DNA of 64,000 bases from an uncultured Verrucomicrobiae bacterium (GTDB lineage Bacteria > Verrucomicrobiota > Verrucomicrobiia > Chthoniobacterales > Terrimicrobiaceae), in assembly GCA_963706955.1 (NCBI GenBank), contig CAVPOC010000003.1:384001-448000 (forward strand), read 5' to 3'. Both the position numbers and the translations under genes were made by a program. The notes beneath the pieces are model-generated. The model saw only the letters and a program-made list of their open reading frames with translations, did not search any database and was not told the origin of the DNA. Shown in pieces: positions 1 to 10,876 of the stretch (its first letter is position 1; the number at the start of each line of letters is the position of its first letter).

Positions 1-322
1 GTTGGAGGGGAAGGCGGACATTACCTGCAACGGTCAGCCAGGGAAAAAGCGCAAAATTCTGGAAAACCATGGCTACTCCCGGGCAAACACCTTCGAGCTC
101 CTGATCATGAAACTTCACCACGCCGCGCGTCGGTCTGATCAACCCTGCGATCAGGCGGATGAGCGTGCTCTTGCCACACCCGGAAGGCCCAAGCAAAGCG
201 ATGATGTCATTTTCCCAGACCTCTAGATTGATGTTTTCCAGGACAGTCGTCGGATGAGCGCCGTTTTCGCCGGCATACTCCAACCACACGCTGTCAAGTG
301 CAATGAGCGGCGGCGTCTTCAT
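1..322 (-). CDS. NitT/TauT family ABC transporter ATP-binding protein (N-terminal part; runs off window)
   Basis: Read by hand: ATG at 322 overlaps the permease stop (ATGA). [12 protein letters not shown]...IIALLGPSGCGKSTLIR (Walker A)...AMVFQNFALFPW (Q-loop). Confidence 0.9.
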   Translation of the reverse strand, partial: MKTPPLIALDSVWLEYAGENGAHPTTVLENINLEVWENDIIALLGPSGCGKSTLIRLIAGLIRPTRGVVKFHDQELEGVCPGVAMVFQNFALFPWLTVAGNVRLPLQ

Positions 323-2121
323 CCACCAAACCGGCAATAGTCGTCTCCAAGCCGCTGCAGGCGCTTCCAAAGACTTCGGTTAATGGTCACCACCATTACC
401 GCCATCACCACGACGGCGGCGGCGAGAACGTCAAATTTTCCGGCACTCGTCGCCTGGCTGATAAGATCGCCCAAACCAAAGGCGGTGTAAGTCTGGCCGC
501 GCTGCTGCACGTATTCGGCGACAATACTGGCATTCCACGCGCCGCCGGCCGCAGTGATCCAACCGGTGACCAGAAACGGAAAAATCGCTGGAAGAATAAA
601 ATACCGCCACCGCTTCCAATTCGCCATCTTGAAGACATCGGCGCACGACACCATATCTGCAGGAATGGACTGCGCGCCGGCCGCCACGTTGAAGAGAATA
701 TACCACTGCGCTCCCAGCATCATCAAAAAGACCGCCCCCCATCCCAGATTTCCGCCCATGGCAAGCACCCAGCCAAAAACCAGTGGATAGAGCATCGGCG
801 CAGGAAAGGAGGCGGCAAATTGGATGATGGGTTGCAGGAAACGGGAAATGCGTGGATTAAAGCCAATCCAAACGCCCACCGGAATCGTCCAAAGCGAGCT
901 CACCATCAAAGCGGCTAGAACTCGCAGAAACGTTGCGGCGGCGCTCGAGAGGATGAGCAGCCACTCATGAAAGTCCACCTCCGCGATCAGAAAGAATAGG
1001 CCATACAAACCGTAGCCTCCCAGAGTGAGAACCGCAGCGAGAACAAGAAAATAGAGTCCTTGTCTGAAGCGTCCTGAGGAACCCTTCGAATGAGACCGGA
1101 AGACCAAAGGGCGATTCGTTCGAGTTAGACCAGCAGTGGCTCGTCCCAACCACGCGCCGATGGACGCCAGCGCTCGGGGCAGCCAGGCCCCGGCCAGGAT
1201 GCGTTGAATCACGGTAGTTTCCAACGGACCACCCGCAACATCTTCGAGCTTGAATTTTCGCGACCAGATGACCAGCGGCCACCATACGAGACGATCCATG
1301 GTGATGATCATAAGGCCCATCGCGACTACGGCGGCGATTTGAGCGGAAACGTCCCCGCGAGAGATGGCCAGACTCATGTAAGAGCCCAGGCCAGGAAGCT
1401 GAAAGTTCTTATCTCCCAGGGTGAACGCTTCGATGATAGTGAGAAAAAACCAGCCGCCCGCCATTGACACCATGCAGTTGTAAATCAAACCCTGCGCTGC
1501 AAACGGCAGCTCGATCTTCAAGAACCGGTGAAGAGGTCCAAAATGGCAAAGCTCGCCCATCTGGCGCAACTCAGCCGGAACGCCTTTGAGGGCGTCGTAG
1601 TAGCTAAACACCATGTTCCAAACCTGAGCAGTGAAGATCATGAGCACGCAGGCGAGCTCGAGGCCGAAATTGCTCTTCGGAAACAATGTCACCAAGGCTA
1701 GAACCAACCCCGGCATGAATCCTAAAACCGGGATGCTCTGGAGAATGTCCAAGGCAGGCAAGAGAACGATTCGCGCCCTCCGATCGTAATATGCCCAGCT
1801 CGCGTAAAGAATCCCGAAGACAAATGAGAGTCCCATAGCCACCCAGCTACGCGCCAGCGAGTAGAGAGTGTATTGCGGCAGTTTCCAGAACGAGAGATCG
1901 ATTTGTGTCTCCGCTTGAAAGGGGGCTCTCCATTCATCGGCTACATCCAAGATCGCCGTCAAAAGACCAGCGACAACAAGCACCAGAACGACGTCTGCGA
2001 GAAGTGACCTCCGAACCTTTGGTTTTGCGATGGAGGATTCAGTCTCCAATCGGAACCGGTCGTTTCTGGGGAAAAGCCGGGCGCCAAAGATTCTATCGCT
2101 GATACTAGATAGACCAGCCAA
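319..2121 (-). CDS. NitT/TauT family ABC transporter permease with two fused permease modules
   Basis: 600 aa, many TM segments, duplicated BPD_transp-type halves ([11 protein letters not shown]..., [14 protein letters not shown]...); adjacent to the ATPase; start uncertain. Confidence 0.85.
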   Translation of the reverse strand: MAGLSSISDRIFGARLFPRNDRFRLETESSIAKPKVRRSLLADVVLVLVVAGLLTAILDVADEWRAPFQAETQIDLSFWKLPQYTLYSLARSWVAMGLSFVFGILYASWAYYDRRARIVLLPALDILQSIPVLGFMPGLVLALVTLFPKSNFGLELACVLMIFTAQVWNMVFSYYDALKGVPAELRQMGELCHFGPLHRFLKIELPFAAQGLIYNCMVSMAGGWFFLTIIEAFTLGDKNFQLPGLGSYMSLAISRGDVSAQIAAVVAMGLMIITMDRLVWWPLVIWSRKFKLEDVAGGPLETTVIQRILAGAWLPRALASIGAWLGRATAGLTRTNRPLVFRSHSKGSSGRFRQGLYFLVLAAVLTLGGYGLYGLFFLIAEVDFHEWLLILSSAAATFLRVLAALMVSSLWTIPVGVWIGFNPRISRFLQPIIQFAASFPAPMLYPLVFGWVLAMGGNLGWGAVFLMMLGAQWYILFNVAAGAQSIPADMVSCADVFKMANWKRWRYFILPAIFPFLVTGWITAAGGAWNASIVAEYVQQRGQTYTAFGLGDLISQATSAGKFDVLAAAVVVMAVMVVTINRSLWKRLQRLGDDYCRFGG

Positions 2122-2217
2122 CCGTATCTTCCGTTCGGTTTACCTGCCTTTGCCATATTCGGCTTGAAGCACTCCGCGAAGGGTCTAGGTTTCTCGCGAA
2201 CTCAGACGAAAAAAACC

Positions 2218-2850
2218 ATGGCTTACGAACTTCCACCATTGCCCTATCCGACAAACGCTCTTGAACCCAGCATCGATGCCAAGACGATGGAGATTCATCA
2301 CGGCAAACACCACGCCACCTATGTGGCGAATCTCAACAAGGCTCTCGAAAACCAGCCCGAATTGGCCAAAAAATCAGTGGATGACCTCATCGCCGACCTC
2401 GCTGCAGTCCCAGAGGCTGCCCGCGGCCCTGTTCGCAACAATGGCGGGGGACACTCCAATCACACGTTCTTTTGGAAAATTATGGCGCCGGATGCCGGTG
2501 GTGCCCCCAGCGGCGCGTTCGCCGATGCGATAAAGTCGAGCTTTGGGAGCTTTGACGAGTTTAAGACAAAGTTTGAAGCCGCCGGTCTGGCGAGGTTTGG
2601 AAGTGGTTGGGCCTGGCTCGTTGTCAATCCTTCCAAGCAGCTCGAAATCGTCTCCACTGCTAATCAAGACAGTCCTCTCATGGGCAAGGCGATCGCCGGA
2701 GCTGCAGGGGTCCCCATCATTGGCGTGGATGTCTGGGAGCATGCCTATTACCTCAATTATCAGAACCGCCGCCCCGACTACTTGAAGGCTTGGTGGAATG
2801 TTGTCTCCTGGAGAGCGGCGGAGAAAAATTACCAGGCCGCCCAGAGCTAA
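2218..2850 (+). CDS. sodA: Mn/Fe superoxide dismutase
   Basis: [37 protein letters not shown] motifs. Confidence 0.95.
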   Translation: MAYELPPLPYPTNALEPSIDAKTMEIHHGKHHATYVANLNKALENQPELAKKSVDDLIADLAAVPEAARGPVRNNGGGHSNHTFFWKIMAPDAGGAPSGAFADAIKSSFGSFDEFKTKFEAAGLARFGSGWAWLVVNPSKQLEIVSTANQDSPLMGKAIAGAAGVPIIGVDVWEHAYYLNYQNRRPDYLKAWWNVVSWRAAEKNYQAAQS

Positions 2851-2979
2851 CCCAGAATACTGTTTCCGCTAGGATGCTCCCCCGCCGTTGCGGAGGTAAC
2901 GGACGGCAGATCCGAGCGTGCGCCTTTGGCTACCGCCTAAGTGAGCGCCGCTAGGTCGGCGATTCTTGGACTCGAGCCG

Positions 2980-4218
2980 ATGGCGCACCTCAACTCGCAC
3001 TATCTCAAACTAAAGGCCGGATATCTCTTTCCGGAGATCGGCCGGCGCGTGAAAACCTTTGCTGAGGCACACCCGGACGCCGCTGGACGATTGATCCGTT
3101 GCGGAATTGGAGACGTCACGGAACCGCTACCGGCAGCAGCGTGCGCAGCAATGCACCGCGCGGTCGATGACCTCGGTCAAAGGGAAACGTTTCACGGCTA
3201 CGGCCCGGAGGGAGGCTATGAATTTCTCCGCCATGCCATCGCGGAATTCGACTACCGCTCCCGCGGCCTCGAGGTCAGCGATGATGAGATTTTCGTTTCC
3301 GACGGCTCGAAATGCGATTGCGCAAATATCCTCGACATCTTCGGTTACGACAACCGAATCGCCGTGATGGATCCCGTCTATCCGGTCTATGTCGATACCA
3401 ACGTCATGGCCGGCCACACCGGACCAGCCGAGGATAGCGGCGTCTACAGCGGCCTTCTCTATTTGGCGTGCACTCCAGAGAACGGCTTCATGCCGGAAGT
3501 TCCTGATGAGCCGGTCGACCTTGTCTACTTGTGCTCGCCGAACAACCCCACCGGCGCAGTTGCGACTCGCGAGCGCCTCGCTCAATGGGTGGAATTCGCG
3601 CTGCGACACCAGGCGGTCATTCTCTACGATGCCGCCTACGAAGCATATATCAGCCAGCCTGACATTCCCCATTCCATTTATGAGATCGACGGGGCTCGCC
3701 AATGCGCCATTGAATTCCGCAGCTTCTCCAAGAATGGCGGGTTCACCGGAGTGCGGTGCGCGTTTACCGTAATGCCAAAGGAACTGCGATGCTGTGCCAC
3801 CAACGGAGAAAAGTTTCCTCTCCATCCACTCTGGAACCGCCGCTTTAGCACAAAGTTTAACGGCGTTTCTTATGTGACCCAGCGCGCTGCGGAGGCCCTC
3901 TACTCGGAGGACGGAAAGGCGCAGGTATCCACCCTGGTTTCCCACTACATGGAAAATGCCAGGATTCTTCGCGAGGCAGTCACGATGAGCGGACTGGCTG
4001 TCTACGGAGGCGTCAACGCTCCTTACATCTGGGTGCGCGGCCCGGAGGGGGTAACGAGTTGGGAGATCTTCGATCGGCTCCTGAAAGAGCAGCACATCGT
4101 CGTCACGCCGGGAAGTGGATTTGGAATGTCGGGCGAAGGCTACTTCCGCATCTCCGCATTCAATAGCCGCGCCAACGCCGCTGAGGCCGCACGAAGATTC
4201 TCCGCCATAGGGTGGTGA
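2980..4218 (+). CDS. dapL: LL-diaminopimelate aminotransferase
   Basis: [57 protein letters not shown]. Confidence 0.95.
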   Translation: MAHLNSHYLKLKAGYLFPEIGRRVKTFAEAHPDAAGRLIRCGIGDVTEPLPAAACAAMHRAVDDLGQRETFHGYGPEGGYEFLRHAIAEFDYRSRGLEVSDDEIFVSDGSKCDCANILDIFGYDNRIAVMDPVYPVYVDTNVMAGHTGPAEDSGVYSGLLYLACTPENGFMPEVPDEPVDLVYLCSPNNPTGAVATRERLAQWVEFALRHQAVILYDAAYEAYISQPDIPHSIYEIDGARQCAIEFRSFSKNGGFTGVRCAFTVMPKELRCCATNGEKFPLHPLWNRRFSTKFNGVSYVTQRAAEALYSEDGKAQVSTLVSHYMENARILREAVTMSGLAVYGGVNAPYIWVRGPEGVTSWEIFDRLLKEQHIVVTPGSGFGMSGEGYFRISAFNSRANAAEAARRFSAIGW

Positions 4219-4325
4219 GAGGCTATCACCTCGCGCGGCTCAAGATCGCTCTTTAAGCACGATAGCTATCTCGCCGAATTTGAGGCGCTGTGCGGGCCTT
4301 GGGTCAGGCACCCAGCGACATCGAC

Positions 4326-4350
4326 AGGCGCTTGGCACAAGCGCCTCCAT
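4326..4350 (-). repeat. REP-like palindrome family B (RTGGAGGCGCTTGTGCCAAGCGCCT)
   Basis: Near-identical to the copies at 49491-49553. Confidence 0.8.
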
Positions 4351-4502
4351 AAGACCGCCGAATTCATCGCTATGCTGCGCTTCAGGCGGCGGCTTTCCGT
4401 CCATAGTTCTAGCTTTCGTCCAAAGCGAGATGCTCGCACCAGCTTTGTAGCCGTCGCAAAGCACGCGCCAAGAAATCGCAATTAACCCAGGGTCTGGCAC
4501 GA

Positions 4503-4590
4503 GCGCTGAAAGCGATCTCATAACAGCCTGGGGCAACCGCCCCAGGGAACCCGAATACAAATCGTCGCCCGGCGCTGAAAGCGCGACTCA
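4503..4590 (+). repeat. Composite palindromic intergenic repeat (GCGCTGAAAGCG x2 around CCTGGGGC..GCCCCAGG hairpin)
   Basis: GCGCTGAAAGCG at ~4503 and ~4572, with a hairpin between them. Confidence 0.55.
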
Positions 4591-4599
4591 AACTAGCGC

Positions 4600-4968
4600 T
4601 TAGGTCTTGCGAAGACCAACCCACGGCTGCTCGCCACCTACGTCGACCATCTCCCAGCCATGAGTCTCGGTCATTCTCCACTCCTCCGGAACATCGCGGA
4701 TCAGTGGGCTCAGAATGTTGAGCAGTTTCACCGGCTGTTGCGAGACGTTAAAGTTGGCGTGCACTATGCCCGCGGGAGCAAGCATCATATCGCCAGGTCC
4801 GATAACGGAGCAGTCCTGACCAACCCAAGCGTCCATCTTGCCCTCGATGACGTAAACAACCTCGTCTTGACGCGAATGATAGTGGAAATTGAAGCCATCT
4901 CCAGGACCCAGGATTAATGTGCCACAGTATCTATCCGAGGAAGCGGCAATAGGAAAGGCGGTGCCCAT
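4600..4968 (-). CDS. Cupin domain protein
   Basis: Cupin motifs FHYHSRQDEVVYVIEG and GPGDMMLAPAGIVHAN; frame stays open upstream, so start is uncertain. Confidence 0.8.
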   Translation of the reverse strand: MGTAFPIAASSDRYCGTLILGPGDGFNFHYHSRQDEVVYVIEGKMDAWVGQDCSVIGPGDMMLAPAGIVHANFNVSQQPVKLLNILSPLIRDVPEEWRMTETHGWEMVDVGGEQPWVGLRKT

Positions 4969-5520
4969 TCCTGGAGGAAGTGCGACCGGAGCAAGTTGTT
5001 CGCCTCTCGAGATTCCCGGCTTTGCAAACAGATCTTTGGTCCCAGAATTTTCCGACGTTTCTGCTAGCTCACTCGTCGCTGGCTCCTGTCGTTCAGCAAT
5101 GCATTTGAATCCGAGCTCTCGAGAATGTCGAGCTTCGGTGAGATGGCGTAAAAAGCAGCCTGGATACTCAGCCGCTTGCGCTCAGGTCCTCAGCAGAAAG
5201 TTGGTTCTCTGTTTCGGGTGGCTCATAAGTCACTCTACCCTACAAAAGCAAAACTGGTTTGTTCCTTGTCTGTACCGCGTCGGCACGCAGCAAGCCGAAG
5301 TTCGCGCCGAACCTGTAACAAGAGTAAAATGCACTACCTTTTCCGGCGACTCGAAGTTGGAGTTTTTTGCGTAGCCGCGCGACTCGGTTTGCGCGACTGC
5401 AAATAGTTGCGATCAACCCCTTAAACAGCTGATCACGTCTCTTTCCGGCTGATTCCGCATTTTGCACAATCTTTCCCCCGAAGCCCTCACAATTATCTGA
5501 TTGATTCACTAGAATTTGGA

Positions 5521-5565
5521 TTGACTTTCCGCCCCCTAGGTGGTGAAAAGTGGGGCGTTGTGGCG
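5521..5565 (+). promoter_or_regulatory. dcw promoter region with MraZ-binding direct repeats
   Basis: TTGACT (-35-like) at 5521; GTGGTG/GTGGGG/GTGGCG at 5540, 5550, 5560 (10-bp period) just upstream of mraZ. Confidence 0.75.
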
Positions 5566-5593
5566 GAAAATGTCACGCGAGCCCTTTACTGGA

Positions 5594-6043
5594 ATGAGTC
5601 AGGATGCGAAAACGCTCTATTCGGGGACTTTCGAGCGTTCAATGGACGCGAAGAAGCGCGTGGCAATACCTGCGCTGTGGCTTACTAGGGAGGAGGGCGA
5701 GGTTTTCTATGTTATTCCCCACCCGTCGGAGGGGTATCTGATGGTCATGCCCCCCTCAGAATTCGACCGTTGGGAGCAACGGATTCAGGACTCTCCAGCG
5801 ACTGCTACGGAGAAGCGCATGGCCATTCGAAAGTTTTACAGCGAGGCCCACACGACGACGACGGACAAGCAAGGCCGCATTCTCCTGAGCGATAAACACT
5901 GCGACCGCGCCGGGATCACCAACGAGGTGATCTTCGCCGGCGGTCGAAGCCGCTTCGAGATCTGGAGCAAGCCACGCTACAGCGACGTCGCTGTCGGTCA
6001 ATCCGACGTCTACCGGCGCGTGGCAGACACAATCGGCCTCTGA
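5594..6043 (+). CDS. mraZ: Transcriptional regulator MraZ
   Basis: Two MraZ repeats (MDAKKRVAIP; DKQGRILL), FEIW; first gene of the dcw cluster. Confidence 0.93.
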   Translation: MSQDAKTLYSGTFERSMDAKKRVAIPALWLTREEGEVFYVIPHPSEGYLMVMPPSEFDRWEQRIQDSPATATEKRMAIRKFYSEAHTTTTDKQGRILLSDKHCDRAGITNEVIFAGGRSRFEIWSKPRYSDVAVGQSDVYRRVADTIGL

Positions 6044-6186
6044 TCCAACAAACAGATGCAAACTTTAACTTGATGAACGGAATCGGATGACGCGGCGGAG
6101 ACGCCTGTTCTGCTTTGGTTTCAATCCGAACAGGGGCTCCGACAAGAAACCGCAAGGCCACGCCGCGATCAGAATCCGCTCACGCA

Positions 6187-7161
6187 ATGCCTATGAACTC
6201 CTGGGACTTCGACGACCCTGCACTCCAAACGTTGCAAAGGCCTGATGGTTCTTACCACACCCCTGTCATGGCCGAGGAGATCGTGGCGCTCCTGCGGCCC
6301 GCGCTCGGCATGATCTTTCTGGATGGGACCGTCGGAGGCGGCGGCCACACCGAAAAGCTTCTTCAATATGGGGCCGAGGTAATCGCCCTGGATCAGGACG
6401 CTGATGCGATCGCCAGATGCCAGCAGCGACTGGCGGCCTATGCCTGCCGGTTGCACCTCTGCGAGGCGAATTTCGAAGAAGCCGATGCTGTCCTTGATCA
6501 ACTGAACGTCCGCTCGCTCGGAGGTGCCCTGCTGGATCTCGGCGTCTCCTCCTACCAGCTCGATACCGCCAGCCGGGGATTTGCCATGATGAAGGATGGC
6601 CCATTGGACATGCGAATGAGTGACAAAAATCCGCGCACCGCGGCCGATATCGTCAACACGGCCGCTCCCGCCGAGTTGGCGCGCATTTTTCGCGAATACG
6701 GGGAGGAACCCCGCGCGATGCACATTGCTGCTCGCATCGCCGCCCTCCGGGAGCAGCGCCCGATCCGGACAACGTTCGACCTGGCCGCCGCCGTCACCTC
6801 GGTGGTCCAGCGAACGGGAGCGAGGCATCCGGCCACGCGCGTCTTTCAAGCGCTCCGGATCGCCGTCAATGACGAGCTTGGCGTGCTGGCCCGCGGGCTG
6901 GAAACAATTGCATTCCGCCTCGCTCATGGGGCGCGCTTTGCAGTCATCAGCTTCCATTCGCTGGAAGACCGGATTGTGAAGACGTTCTTTCGTGATCGAA
7001 GCGCTGAATGGATCGATCGGCCTGAGTGGCCCGAGCCTCGACATAATCCCGCTCGCATCTTCCGCCTTCTCACTCCCCGCCCGATGGACGCCTCGGGCGA
7101 GGAGATTCAAGCCAACCCCCGTGCACGCAGCGCCAAGCTGCGCGTCGTCGAACGCATCTGA
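6187..7161 (+). CDS. rsmH: 16S rRNA m4C1402 methyltransferase RsmH (MraW)
   Basis: HTPVM, DGTVGGGGH, DLGVSSYQLD, PLDMRM, ISFHSLEDR, NPRARSAKLR. Confidence 0.96.
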   Translation: MPMNSWDFDDPALQTLQRPDGSYHTPVMAEEIVALLRPALGMIFLDGTVGGGGHTEKLLQYGAEVIALDQDADAIARCQQRLAAYACRLHLCEANFEEADAVLDQLNVRSLGGALLDLGVSSYQLDTASRGFAMMKDGPLDMRMSDKNPRTAADIVNTAAPAELARIFREYGEEPRAMHIAARIAALREQRPIRTTFDLAAAVTSVVQRTGARHPATRVFQALRIAVNDELGVLARGLETIAFRLAHGARFAVISFHSLEDRIVKTFFRDRSAEWIDRPEWPEPRHNPARIFRLLTPRPMDASGEEIQANPRARSAKLRVVERI

Positions 7162-7166
7162 CTGCC

Positions 7167-7541
7167 ATGACCTCGATTGAAAACCGCCGCAAATACGCGA
7201 ACCCCATTCATGTCGCTCCGCTTTTCAGGTGGCTGCTCCTCGCCTCGTTCGTGGCGGCATGCGGTCTCCTCTTTGTTTTTATCAAAAACCAGCAGCACTT
7301 CCTTGGCGAACAAACGCGCGAAGTAGAACGCCAGATTCATGACGTGCGTGCACAAAACGAAGTGCTGCTGGCCAGGATTTCTGCCTTGTCCTCGCGGGCG
7401 GAGCTCCAGCGCAAGCTCAATCAAGGCCTGATTGCACTGCAGCCCATCCAAGATCACTACATCGCTCGCATCGGACAACCTGTCACGGCCGACAAGGGCG
7501 GCGGAATGCGCACGGCGGCAAACGAGAGGTTTCGTCCGTGA
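7167..7541 (+). CDS. ftsL: Cell division protein FtsL-like
   Basis: Small bitopic protein (one TM plus coiled coil) between rsmH and ftsI. Confidence 0.7.
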   Translation: MTSIENRRKYANPIHVAPLFRWLLLASFVAACGLLFVFIKNQQHFLGEQTREVERQIHDVRAQNEVLLARISALSSRAELQRKLNQGLIALQPIQDHYIARIGQPVTADKGGGMRTAANERFRP

Positions 7542-9319
7542 GATGGAAGGCATGCCGACGGGCCATGATCGCCAGCGGAGTCGTCGGGATCATTTTCACC
7601 GGCTTTTCGGCGCGCCTTATTGAACTGCAAGTCGTCAAGTACGAAGAGTACACCCAGCTCGCCGCGCAAAAACATTCCATCCGCCTGACGGTCCCGGCGC
7701 ATCGCGGAATGATTCTGGACCGCAACGGCGAAATCCTTGCGGCCAACATCCCGGTGCGCAAGGTGGTCGTCGACGGTTCCCACGTCAAGAAACCCGGGGC
7801 GCTCGCCACTCTCGCGGCACCATACCTAGGCATACCGCGGGAGACGCTCCTGGCTGAGCTGCGAACGCGCAGCAAGTACAAAGTCCTGCTCCCGGAATTG
7901 GACGAAGAAAAGGCCATGGCTCTCCAACACGCGATGGAGGAAAAATCGTTGCGCGGCCTCTACTTTCATCAGAATACGACGCGGACCTATCCGAATGGTC
8001 CGCTGCTCAGCCACGTGCTCGGTTTCCTCGGACGCAAGGATCCCAACGATGAGTTCGTCGTTGGCGTCGAGGGCATCGAGAGGAGCATGGAAGACTATCT
8101 CAAAGGAATCGACGGATTTCGCCACATCGAACGCGATCGCACGGGACGCGAGATCGTCATCTACCGGGGGCAGGAACAAGCTCCCCGCCACGGGATGAAC
8201 GTCCAACTCACGATTGACATGAACCTTCAGGCTATCCTGGAGGCCGAGCTCGACAATGCCTTTCGAGAGCTCAAGCCAGACAATGCCACCGGGATCATTA
8301 TGGATCCCAATACCGGCGAGATTCTGGCGATGACCAGCAGGCCTTCCTTCAATCTCAATCAGATCGACTCCGCCAAGCCCCCAGAGATGAAGAACCGGGC
8401 CATCTTTGACATGGTCGAGCCGGGCTCCACCTTCAAGATTGTCGTCGCCTCGGCAGCGCTAACCGAACGGGTGGTCTCCCAAAAGAGCATCATCTACTGC
8501 GAAAACGGCGCCTTTTCCTATGGGGGACGTATCCTGCGCGATCATCACGGATATGGGCAAATGAGCGTCCACGATATCCTGATGAAATCGTCGAACATTG
8601 GCTCGGCCAAGATGGCTCTGATGCTGGGAGATGAGAAGTTTTACGAGTACGTGCGCCGTTTCGGTTTTGGAGAACGCACCGGCATTGCCCTTCCAGGCGA
8701 AATCCCCGGCCTGGTCCATCCCCCCTCTCGCTGGGACCGACTGACAATTACACGCATGCCGATGGGGCAAGCGGTGGCAGTCACGCCACTGCAAATGGCC
8801 ATGGGCATGTCGGTGATCGCCAATGGCGGAAAACTTATGCGTCCGCAGATAATCAAGTCCATTCAGGACCGCGATGGCCAGGAGATTCTTTCCATAAAGC
8901 CAGAGGTCATTCGCGAGGTTATCCCTACCTCGACGGCCAAGTTCGTCAGCGCAGCACTGACCGAAGTAGTCAGTGAACGTGGCACTGCGGCGCTAGCGCG
9001 AGTGAGCGGGTTTTCCGTGGCTGGCAAAACGGGAACAGCTCAGAAGGTGGATCCGAAAGGAGGTTATGCCGCCGGCGAGTATATCGTTTCCTTTGTCGGC
9101 TACATTCCGGCGGAGCAACCACGCTTCGTTTGCCTCATCATTGTCGACGACGCCAAATTGAGCTCTGGTCTCAATTATGGCGGCCTGGTCGCGGCGCCGA
9201 TTTTTTCGCGAGTCGCCGAAAAGGCTGCCCGCTACCTCGACTTGGTGCCCGCGCCGGCCGCCACGGCGGCTCTTCCTGTTGCTCTCGGGCAGAGTGGTGC
9301 TACCAAATTTCGACAGTGA
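7538..9319 (+). CDS. ftsI: Class B penicillin-binding protein (FtsI/PBP3)
   Basis: RGMILDRNG, RTYPNG, EPGSTFK (SxxK), SSN, KTGT. Confidence 0.93.
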   Translation: MRWKACRRAMIASGVVGIIFTGFSARLIELQVVKYEEYTQLAAQKHSIRLTVPAHRGMILDRNGEILAANIPVRKVVVDGSHVKKPGALATLAAPYLGIPRETLLAELRTRSKYKVLLPELDEEKAMALQHAMEEKSLRGLYFHQNTTRTYPNGPLLSHVLGFLGRKDPNDEFVVGVEGIERSMEDYLKGIDGFRHIERDRTGREIVIYRGQEQAPRHGMNVQLTIDMNLQAILEAELDNAFRELKPDNATGIIMDPNTGEILAMTSRPSFNLNQIDSAKPPEMKNRAIFDMVEPGSTFKIVVASAALTERVVSQKSIIYCENGAFSYGGRILRDHHGYGQMSVHDILMKSSNIGSAKMALMLGDEKFYEYVRRFGFGERTGIALPGEIPGLVHPPSRWDRLTITRMPMGQAVAVTPLQMAMGMSVIANGGKLMRPQIIKSIQDRDGQEILSIKPEVIREVIPTSTAKFVSAALTEVVSERGTAALARVSGFSVAGKTGTAQKVDPKGGYAAGEYIVSFVGYIPAEQPRFVCLIIVDDAKLSSGLNYGGLVAAPIFSRVAEKAARYLDLVPAPAATAALPVALGQSGATKFRQ

Positions 9320-10876
9320 GCGAAACCCTCTTGAAACTTCTCGACGCCACAGAAGTTATCGAATCGACCGCCGACCCGCAGACGCGGGTCGAATCGCTTT
9401 GCTATGACTCACGCCAGGCGAGCCCTGGTGCGCTGTTCTTCGCCTTACGCGGAGCACGGCTCGATGGCGCCCACTTTGCCGCGCAGGCCGCTGAAAAAGG
9501 AGCGGTCGCGATCGTCTCCGATGTTGCCTTACCGACCTGCGCGGCACCTTTGATTCGCGTGCACGACGGCCGCACCGCCATGGCCGACATCGCCGCCGCG
9601 TTTTACGATTATCCCGCCCGCAAGCTGAAGGTCATGGGGGTCACCGGCACAAATGGGAAGACGACGACCGCTTTCCTGGTCAAGCATTTACTGGATGCTG
9701 ACCAGCGCCGTTGCGGCCTGATCGGGACGGTGAAATATTGCATCGGAGAATTGGAAGTGGATGCGCCGCGCACTACCCCTGAGTCTCTCGATCTTCAAGA
9801 ACTTCTCGCCCGGATGGTCGATGCAGGAAATAAGGCTGTGGCAATGGAGGTTTCCAGTCACGCGCTTGTCCAACATCGTGCCCGTGGAGTCCAGTACCGA
9901 TACCGCCGTCTTTACGAACCTCACTCAGGACCACCTCGACTACCACAAGACGATGGAGGATTATTTTGAGGCGAAAACGGCGCTTTTTGAGGGACTTGCC
10001 GCCCAAAGAAAGAAGGCGCGCGCCATCATTAACGTGGACGATCGCTACGGACATCGCCTGATTGAGCGCTTCAAAAAAAAGATCGCCGTGGTCACCTACG
10101 GTCAGCGCGTAGGTTGCGACTATCGGGCAACTGACGTTCGCTTCGACGCAACCGGCAGCGAATTTCATCTGGAGGCCAAAGGCCGCAGTTACCTTGTACG
10201 CCTGCCCCTTATCGGTTCTTTCAACATCTACAATTCACTCGCCGCCATCGCAGCCGCTGCCTCGATGGGTATGGAACTTCGCTCCGCCGTCGCCGCCATC
10301 GCTAGGGCACCGCAAGTTCCCGGTCGACTCGAGCGCGTGCCAGCAAAGCGTAGCTTCCAGGTATTCGTAGATTATGCGCACACCGACGATGCACTGCGAA
10401 ATGTTCTGCGAACTCTTCGTGAGCTCAAACCCACCCGCCTGATCACGGTTTTTGGATGCGGCGGCGACCGGGACCGCGCCAAGCGCCCGCTCATGGCCGC
10501 CGCATCCGAGGAATTTTCGGATTGGTCCATCCTGACCTCGGACAATCCACGGAGCGAAGATCCCGCGCGCATCATCGCGGAGATGCGCGCCGGTCTTCGC
10601 GGCAATCGTCACGAGGAGATCGTCGATCGAACCGAGGCCATCCGGCGGGCAGTGAACCTCGCCGGCGCCGGTGATATCATTCTCATCGCCGGCAAAGGTC
10701 ATGAGCGATATCAGGAGTTCGCCGATAAGAAAATCGCCTTCGATGATTCCGCGATCGCCCGTCGGGCCATCGAAAGCAAACGAGTTGAATTGGAAGGGGA
10801 AGGCCGCGCCAGCGGAAGCGACGATACCGCCACGCCGACTGATCGTCTGCCGCTGAGACGCCCAGGGGATTCTTGA
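9316..10876 (+). CDS. murE: UDP-MurNAc-tripeptide synthetase MurE, split by an apparent 1-nt insertion at 9897-9898
   Basis: N-half GVTGTNGKTT/TTPES/MEVSSH in one frame; C-half FTNLTQDHLDYH/VDYAHT/TSDNPR in the next; removing one C gives RGVQYDTAVFTNL. Confidence 0.9.

Noticed and set aside
2851..2979. Lysine riboswitch upstream of dapL
   Set aside because: The spacer (~130 nt) is too short, and no lysine riboswitch consensus or terminator was recognised.
4969..5226. In-frame upstream extension of the cupin through a TGA (possible selenocysteine or readthrough)
   Set aside because: The TGA is not in a Cys-like motif, no SECIS-like hairpin was evident, and the extension looks low-information.
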